From Planctomycetota bacterium (GTDB lineage: Bacteria > Planctomycetota > JAJSAM01 > JAJVHW01), in the NCBI GenBank assembly GCA_965248445.1, contig CBDFJG010000002.1, forward strand, positions 256,001-320,000: DNA of 64,000 bases, given 5' to 3'. Below are positions 57,502 through 64,000 of the stretch, piece after piece. Under the pieces are notes generated by a model. The model saw nothing but the letters and a program-made list of their open reading frames with translations, did not search any database and was not told the DNA's origin. A program made the translations under genes and the position numbers. The number at the start of each line of letters is the position of its first letter. Position 1 is the first letter of the stretch.

Positions 57502-59032
57502 ATGTCGAGCTTGTGGAAGGGCGTGCTGCTAGGCCTCGTTGTGGGAGCCGTTGGCGGATTCGCCGTCGGGGTCGTCACGACGGAGTCGCCTTCCGTTCCA
57601 CCGAGCGCGTGGCAGGGGCCGCAAGGAGCGGATGAGGGGCGTGGCGTCGCGATTGCCTCCGGCGCACCGGCGGTGGGACGCGGAGAGGCGAGGCTCGATG
57701 AGTCCGCGGATCGGGCGTCCGCCGAGGACTCCGAGTCGTCCGTACAGGCGGAGACCAACTCGCGCCGCGCCCCGGCCCCGGGCTCGCGGTCGTCACCTGC
57801 GGCGCATCGCTCGTCTCGACCGCGCGAGCGGCATGTGCACGCTCCAGCCCGTCACCCCATGGTCGCACGGATCTCGGCCGCGGCGCCATCGGTGGACGAG
57901 GTCGTGGCTCACATGTGTGCAGCCTTCCGCGAGCGGACGGGAGCGACTCTGCACGAGCCGCTCGCTCGCGAACTGGCCACGCAGGCGTCGTGCCGGTCTC
58001 CACCGCGGAGCCGAGCAGCAGAGGGTCAACTTCGAGCGTTGGATCGACAGCGACCTGAGCCGACTCGCGTCGCACCAACAGCGCGTAACGGTGATCGGCG
58101 CGTTCGGCGAGACCGTCGAGATCGTCCTCCAAGCGCGCGGCAGTCTCAGCGTCACCGCAGCAACCAGGCTCGAACCGGAGGCACGGAGCAGCGACAGCGC
58201 TGCGGAGTTCGAGATCGTCGCTCCGGAACGCGGTGATCGCGACTCGCGTCGGTTCGTCCGCGGCGGCGGCGCGATCCCGCTCGACCGCGCGCTCGTCGTT
58301 GAACGTGTGGAGACGTACGCGGAGTTCCAGTCCAACTACAGCGAAGTCGAGTTCGAGGTCGGTGGGCGGAGTCTCTTCGAGCTCGAGGATCAAGTGCGTC
58401 CGCGGCGAGAGGCGTTCGAGGGCGTCGTGGTGCTGCTACCCGCCGAGAAGGACGGGATCGAACTCGAGGTGCGGCGAGGGGCGGCAGCCGAGGTTCGCGT
58501 CTTCGGTCGCCTGGTCCCGCGTGCAGAAGCAGCGGAGATCGAACAGGTCCCCTTCACGTGGGTGGAGCGTGGGAGCGAGCCCCGATTCGAAGGCGGGACG
58601 ATCAGGATGCAGATCCTCGCGGACCACGGCGGCGGGAATCCCCGCACGCTCCGGCTCGACGGCTCCGCGAATAACCGTTTCGATGAGATCCGCGAGAACG
58701 AGATCTGGGACCGCGGCGTGGACGTGGAGAAGAACCGCAAGTCCCTCGGCTGGATGTCGGTGGCACCGCGCCTCGGTCCTGATACGAAGATCCGCCTCCT
58801 GCGGATCGACTACCGCGCGCGGCTGGCTCCCGGCGGCAGCTCACACAGCGACCTCACCGTGCGTCACGACGGGAAGGAGTTGATCCGGGTGACCGCGGAC
58901 AAAGACAAGGAGCCGTCTGGGGCCTGGACCGGCGATCTCGTGATCGGCAAGGACGACCTGCGCGAGTTCGAGTTCACCATGCACTACAAGGCCATGGGGG
59001 AGATCACGCTCCACACGTCGATCGTGGAGTGA
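57502..59032 (+). pseudogene. Membrane-anchored hypothetical protein with an apparent frameshift near 57980
   Basis: N-terminal TM in the frame of ORF 57412..58236; coding-like C-terminus in the frame of ORF 57539..59032. Confidence 0.5.
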
Positions 59033-59038
59033 GCTGCC

Positions 59039-60409
59039 GTGCGGCGCGTACTCACGATCGCTGGACTCCTAGCGCTTGCGGCCCTACTTCTAGTGGTGGT
59101 GCTGTCGCGCGGTGCGGACGACAGCGAGGCTCGCCGGCCGGCGAGCACGACAACGCCGACGATCACTGAGCAGGCCGACGACGAGTCCCCGTCGGCCGAA
59201 CGCACGCGGCGCCGCGTTGTACAGACCGAGCCGACCCCGCCGCCGGCGTCCGAGCCCGCGTCGGACCCGGACGGCGCAACTGGCCCCGAGCAACAGGTCG
59301 TCGTGCACGTGGTGGACGAGCGGGGCGAGCCGATCTGCGGGGCGTTGGTCGCACGCGCGAGACCGGCCACGTTCCAGACGACGCTGGTGGGCGGACCGCC
59401 GATCATCGACTTCCCGCGCACCTCGGATGCTGCGGGCGATACGCACTTCCGGCCGTCGGAAGACGACGGTTTTTACGGCACGCACGGCGCCCTGACGGGA
59501 TGGGCACAGCAGGAGTCCGACGGTGAAACGCGCAAGAACACGGTCCGCCTCGTGATGCGACCGGGCGTGTACGTGCGAGGCCGGGTCGAGCGGCCCGACG
59601 GTCGACCCGCACCCGACGCCTCCGTGCGGCTCGCGATCAGCGCTGACGCAGCGCGCGTGTTCCGGGGCGTCGCCGTGCCCACCGGGCGCGGCACGACGAC
59701 CGACGCCGAGGGACGGTTCGAGGTCGGTCCGTTCCCACCGCCTCCGTGGCCTGAACCGATGGAGATCCGCGCCCAGCTCGGCGCCGACCACTGCACCGAG
59801 AACGTGTACGACGAACGGATGCTCGTTCTCCGGCTCATCGAGACGCAGTTCGTGCGCGGCAGCGTGCTCTACGAAGATGTCGTCCCGGCGTGGGCGTCGT
59901 TCTGCGTCGCGGTCCTGCGGCCAGAGGGCCAGGACGCGATCGTGGCGAAGGCCCGCGTCGGCGCTGATGGTTCGTTCACGCTCCCCTTCCAGTTGGGTGC
60001 GATCGGCGAGCCCGTCCGGTTCGACGTCGAACTCGTGCCGCCCTGGGTCAGCGTGCACGCGCATGAGCCGCTCCTCACCGGGTGGGCACGCGGCGTCACG
60101 GACGCAGCCGAGGTGACCCTACAGGTCACGCGGGCTCCCGTCGCGCGCGTGCTCATGCGGACCGCCCCGGAGGTCGACGCCACCCGCGCCTACGGCGGCA
60201 CGATGACCCTCACCTCGCTCGACGGGGCCACGACCGTGTCTCAACGCACGACACTCCGAGGAGGCGGCGGCATCCTCTACATCGCGCGTCCTGCCGGACG
60301 CGGCCGCCTGGCGATCGCGTTCGGCGCAGCCGGCACGTGGACGGGCGACATCGACGTGCCCTCCGACGGCGTCGTCGATCGCGAGGTCGTCCTCGTCCCG
60401 CCGCGTTGA
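59039..60409 (+). CDS. Carboxypeptidase regulatory-like (prealbumin-fold) repeat protein
   Basis: N-terminal TM, VVDERGEP, GRVERPDGRPAPDASV, TTDAEGRF. Confidence 0.7.
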   Translation: MRRVLTIAGLLALAALLLVVVLSRGADDSEARRPASTTTPTITEQADDESPSAERTRRRVVQTEPTPPPASEPASDPDGATGPEQQVVVHVVDERGEPICGALVARARPATFQTTLVGGPPIIDFPRTSDAAGDTHFRPSEDDGFYGTHGALTGWAQQESDGETRKNTVRLVMRPGVYVRGRVERPDGRPAPDASVRLAISADAARVFRGVAVPTGRGTTTDAEGRFEVGPFPPPPWPEPMEIRAQLGADHCTENVYDERMLVLRLIETQFVRGSVLYEDVVPAWASFCVAVLRPEGQDAIVAKARVGADGSFTLPFQLGAIGEPVRFDVELVPPWVSVHAHEPLLTGWARGVTDAAEVTLQVTRAPVARVLMRTAPEVDATRAYGGTMTLTSLDGATTVSQRTTLRGGGGILYIARPAGRGRLAIAFGAAGTWTGDIDVPSDGVVDREVVLVPPR

Positions 60410-60432
60410 CCCAGTACAGAGCACCTAGCACG

Positions 60433-60990
60433 TTAGGTGCTCTGCGGGATCTCCTGGCCGTCCTTGATGAGCGTCGAGTACGACGTCGCGATCATGTCGC
60501 GCTCGTCGAGACCGAAGTCGTGGGCCAGTCGCGCGAGATCCAGCAGCGCCGCCCACTCGTCGTAGTCGTCCTCGAGCACGCCCTCGAACTCGATGAAGTC
60601 GCCGAGCCCCTCCACGCGATCCACGTGGATGCGCACGTGGCCCTCGAAGATGAACACCCGGCGCCACTTGCGGACGACCACCTTCACGCCGTAGGTCTTC
60701 GCCAGGAGCTTCCGCTTCGACTCGGGGTTCTCCACCGGCTGGAGCCGGAACTGTGACTTGCGCGCGCCCGGCTCGTCCGGCCGTGAGTAGCCAATCAGGC
60801 AGTGCTGCCCGTCGGAGGACTCGCGGAGCTTGATCCTGTAGCGCCCGAGCGAGAAGTACGTGTCCTCCTGCTCGATCTCGCCGCGGTCCTCCGCCCCGAG
60901 CGAAAGGGCCGTGGCCAGAGCCGCATCGTGATCGTCGATGCGAGCTTTCTGCTCGATGTTGGCACGGAGGGGCTCGCGGGACAGCAGCAT
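60433..60990 (-). CDS. CYTH domain protein (class IV adenylate cyclase-like)
   Basis: NIEQKA, QEDTYF, KLRE, VRKWR, DRVEGLGDFIEFE, SY. Confidence 0.9.
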   Translation of the reverse strand: MLLSREPLRANIEQKARIDDHDAALATALSLGAEDRGEIEQEDTYFSLGRYRIKLRESSDGQHCLIGYSRPDEPGARKSQFRLQPVENPESKRKLLAKTYGVKVVVRKWRRVFIFEGHVRIHVDRVEGLGDFIEFEGVLEDDYDEWAALLDLARLAHDFGLDERDMIATSYSTLIKDGQEIPQST

Positions 60991-61008
60991 GGCGCCGAAG
61001 TATATGGC

Positions 61009-62517
61009 ATGAGCAGGTCAGGGCGTTGGGCGAGGCTGCTGATCGTGATCGTCTGCACTCTCGTGGGCGCAGCCGTGCGCACGTACGTGGTGCGGGACGC
61101 GCCGGCAAGCGTGGAGGAGCAGATCCTCATCGCCTCCGGCGTCCACCTGATACGGCACCACGACACCGACGTGACCGCCTTCCACCACGACATGCCGCTC
61201 GCCGCGCACGCCACCGGCTTGCCACTCATCGGGCTCGCGGTTGCGCTGCCGGAGCGCGACCCGGCAGGGCCCGCCGAGCAGGTGGGCTGGACGGCACTGA
61301 ACATGACGTCCGTGTCCGCGTCCGGCACGAAGAAGCACCCGCCGGAGTTCGTACCGGCCGAGACGCTCCTACGCCTCTCGCGAGCGCCATCGCTGCTGGC
61401 GCTCATCCTGACGCTGATCGCGGTCGTGCTGCTGACCGACGGTCTGTTCGGCAAGGGCGCCGCGCTCGTCGCGGGGCTTGTTGTCGCCATCGAACCGATG
61501 AGCGCACTGCGCGGCGGCCTCGCGGTGACGGACCCGTTCGTCCAGGCCGCCGTCGCGTGGCTGCTGGTGGCCGCCGCCGTGCACTGGGAGCGCATGGTCG
61601 GGACGACCGACCGGCACCCCGGCAAGGAGAAGCGAAGCGCCATCGCGCTCGGTGCGGCGTTCGGATTCACGCTGCTTGCGTCGGTGACTGCCTGGCCCCT
61701 CGCACTCGCCGTCCTGGGCTGGCTGGGCATGCGGGGGGCGGCGGCACGGCGTCGCGGCGAGGAGTTCCGCGGTGGCCGGGGCAGCCGGATGGTGTGGGCC
61801 GCGCTGGTCTGCGGGGCGTTCGTCGCGGCCGGCTACCTCGTGGTCGACGTTCGCGCGATCCCGCAGCCCTTGGCGTATGCCGCGGAACTCTGGGAGATCG
61901 GTAGTTGGAAGTCGATGCCGAGCGGCACCGCCCGTTCGATGGCGCTGCCCGTCGCGTGGCTGACGATCTTCGCTCTGCTGGGTCTGCCGTTCCTGTTCCG
62001 CGAGCGAGCGGACTACCCGGCGCTCCTGTCCACAGCCGTGGCCGCCGGCCTTCTGACGACCGTGCTCGCGCCCGATCACCTGGCGCACACCGCCTACGCC
62101 GTGGCCGTACCCGCGCTGGCGGTGACGGTCGGCTCCTCGGTCGGGCTCGTGGGCACGAGCCGTTCGGGGTTCACCGCATCGCTCGGTGTGCTCCTGCCGC
62201 TGGCCGTGATCAGCGGTTTTCTGGTCGCGACGCACGAGCCGCAACGAATGGACGACAACCACCATGCTCAGTGGTTCACGAAACGTGTGGTCGACGCGGT
62301 GCAACCGCGCGTAATGCACATCGTCGGAAGCGAGTGGTCGGAGAAGATCGAGGTGCGCGGAAGCTCGCGCACCCACACCCACCCGGCGGCGACGGAAGAG
62401 CAGATCCTCGAGTGGCTCGCCGGCGAACGCACCATCGTCGCGCTGTCGGGCGATGTCCCCGAGTCCCTGCGGGAACGGGTCGTGTCGCGCGCCCGCGGGC
62501 TGGCGTTCCTCGAATAG
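61009..62517 (+). CDS. GT-C (ArnT/PMT-like) membrane protein
   Basis: Multiple TMs; EE after TM1, HDMPL, LSRAP, AVTD. Confidence 0.6.
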   Translation: MSRSGRWARLLIVIVCTLVGAAVRTYVVRDAPASVEEQILIASGVHLIRHHDTDVTAFHHDMPLAAHATGLPLIGLAVALPERDPAGPAEQVGWTALNMTSVSASGTKKHPPEFVPAETLLRLSRAPSLLALILTLIAVVLLTDGLFGKGAALVAGLVVAIEPMSALRGGLAVTDPFVQAAVAWLLVAAAVHWERMVGTTDRHPGKEKRSAIALGAAFGFTLLASVTAWPLALAVLGWLGMRGAAARRRGEEFRGGRGSRMVWAALVCGAFVAAGYLVVDVRAIPQPLAYAAELWEIGSWKSMPSGTARSMALPVAWLTIFALLGLPFLFRERADYPALLSTAVAAGLLTTVLAPDHLAHTAYAVAVPALAVTVGSSVGLVGTSRSGFTASLGVLLPLAVISGFLVATHEPQRMDDNHHAQWFTKRVVDAVQPRVMHIVGSEWSEKIEVRGSSRTHTHPAATEEQILEWLAGERTIVALSGDVPESLRERVVSRARGLAFLE

Positions 62518-62544
62518 CCGGCAGCGCGTTACTTCAGCGCACTG

Positions 62545-64000
62545 CTACCGGTCGCCGCCAATGCCGCCGCCGGTGTCGGTGGCGCCGCGGCCGGGACCGT
62601 CGGGCGGCTCCGTGTCGCCGCCCTCGCCGAGATCGACCGAGGCTCCCTCGGCGGCGCCGCGCGGCTCCGTGATCGCGCCGCCTCCTGCCGGAAGAGCGGC
62701 GTCGGTCAACAGCACCGCGTGCTGCACGCGCCCGTTCTCGACGAGGGCGCGTCCGAGCAGGCCCGCTTCGGGGGAGACGAACGTGACGAGACCGCCATCG
62801 CGGCCGCCACCGGCGTCCGCCGCGATGCGCGCGGCCGCGAGTGCCGCCACGACGTCCTCACGGCTGGGTGGTGAACCGCGGACGCTGCCGCGCGAGAGCA
62901 CCTCGAGCACGTAGCTGCGCAGCACGCGGTCCGACGCCGCCTGGAACGTCGTCGCGTCGCCGAACACCTCGATGCCCAAGAGCTCGCCGCCCGCCGCAAC
63001 GGCGAAACCGACGACGTCGTCGCCCCCGAGCCGCGGGGTGAGCGCGCGCACGTAGCGGTCGGCGCGGGAGATCAGCTGATCGTTGCCGAAGAGGTCGTCC
63101 AAGCTGCCGCGTCCGCCGGCCGACCCGAGCCAGGGCAGACTGGCCGCGACGGCGGCATCGATCTCGCTCTGCGGCGCTTCGGTCGCGAGCAGGGCGCGCA
63201 CGCGCAGAGGCGCGACGCCGTCGGAGTGGCGGAACGTCTTGCTGCGCCGCTTGTGTGCGCGTCCGGAGGTGCGCGTGCGCACCGATCGGCGCTGGCCCGG
63301 GGCGAGCAGCACGTCTTCGGCCGCCACACGGTCACGGCCGCCGCCGGCCAGAACGTCGCCGGCGATGACGAGCACGGGACGTCCGCCGAGGTCACGGTTT
63401 TCGAGCACGACGGATCCGCCGTCCCCACTCTCCGTCGCGCGCAGGCCGCGAAGACGCAGCGCCTCGGCCGTCATGAGCGGCGTCACGAAGTCCGCGGCGC
63501 GGCCGGGGCGCGTGATCGCAAAGACCTGGATCTCCTTGTACGGGCGCGAGGCCTCGGCCACGTCGAGTGCGGCGAGGAACGTCCCGAGCGGTGCCGAGGC
63601 CGGTGCGGCTGCGGTCGTGCGATCGGGCACGTTGAGTGCAGCAGCGGCGGCCAGTCGGCGCCACTCCGCTGTGAGCGCGAGCTCGCGGCGATCCCGGTGG
63701 AAGCGGTCGAAGTCCGCGTAGGTGTCCTGGACGATGCGGCGGTCTCCGTGCTCCTCCCACTGCGGCTGGTACCCCGGCGTCTCGGGGGCGCCGATGTCGT
63801 CGCCGCCGTCGTCCGGCCAGGCCACGACGGACTGCCACGTCTCGAGCGGTTGCACGTCCAGAGGGATCCTCTCGGCGCGTGTCGGCGCGTTCTCGATGCG
63901 AGCCACGGCATCCCGCGCCTCCGTGCGCACGCGCTCGATCTCGGCGCGCAGATCCGCGACGTCGAGCGGGTTGGCCGGGCGCCTGGCAGAGAGAGCCAGC
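62545..64000 (-). CDS. DUF6569/ARPP-1-like domain protein, 5' partial
   Basis: LEN..GRPVLVIAGDVLAGGGRDRV..DVLL and VVGFAVA..GELLGIEVF...F..VLRSYVLE; frame open to the window edge. Confidence 0.7.
   Translation of the reverse strand, partial: LALSARRPANPLDVADLRAEIERVRTEARDAVARIENAPTRAERIPLDVQPLETWQSVVAWPDDGGDDIGAPETPGYQPQWEEHGDRRIVQDTYADFDRFHRDRRELALTAEWRRLAAAAALNVPDRTTAAAPASAPLGTFLAALDVAEASRPYKEIQVFAITRPGRAADFVTPLMTAEALRLRGLRATESGDGGSVVLENRDLGGRPVLVIAGDVLAGGGRDRVAAEDVLLAPGQRRSVRTRTSGRAHKRRSKTFRHSDGVAPLRVRALLATEAPQSEIDAAVAASLPWLGSAGGRGSLDDLFGNDQLISRADRYVRALTPRLGGDDVVGFAVAAGGELLGIEVFGDATTFQAASDRVLRSYVLEVLSRGSVRGSPPSREDVVAALAAARIAADAGGGRDGGLVTFVSPEAGLLGRALVENGRVQHAVLLTDAALPAGGGAITEPRGAAEGASVDLGEGGDTEPPDGPGRGATDTGGGIGGDR

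Overview
High-GC bacterial window. The BlaI/M56 pair, DUF1570-like secreted proteins, LpxR and DUF6569 suggest a Planctomycetota-like Gram-negative organism, but this is inference only. From left to right: GNAT; katG with a divergent Fur/PerR gene; a surface-glycan modification cluster; two paralogous secreted pseudo-peptidases flanking a CPBP protease; FMN reductase and PhhB; acyl-CoA dehydrogenase behind a perfect 18-bp operator; an S9 peptidase, heme-c/Cu-monooxygenase and NYN operon; and a large secreted NHL protein. Next is a lexA-imuA-imuB-dnaE2 SOS mutagenesis cassette, split between imuA and imuB by a Ser/Thr kinase-ATPase gene and two paralogous unknown lipoproteins. A shared palindrome (TRCGGAC-N4-GTCYGYA) lies upstream of both lexA and imuB. 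Then come GT2-alkA, blaI-M56 with TACA-N2-TGTA boxes, lpxR, a phosphotransferase, tRNA-Thr and tRNA-Tyr. After the tRNAs is a roughly 9.5-kb degraded island containing a nested triple-ended IS66, a second IS66, IS1380, a 285-bp MITE, and a polymorphic-toxin-like gene broken by four 7-8 bp tandem duplications whose removal restores one reading frame. The right end holds an RIO-like kinase, M50 protease, glycine-zipper lipoprotein, PilHIG-like ABC module, 2OG oxygenase, CYTH protein, GT-C membrane protein and a partial DUF6569 protein. No CRISPR array or rRNA was seen.
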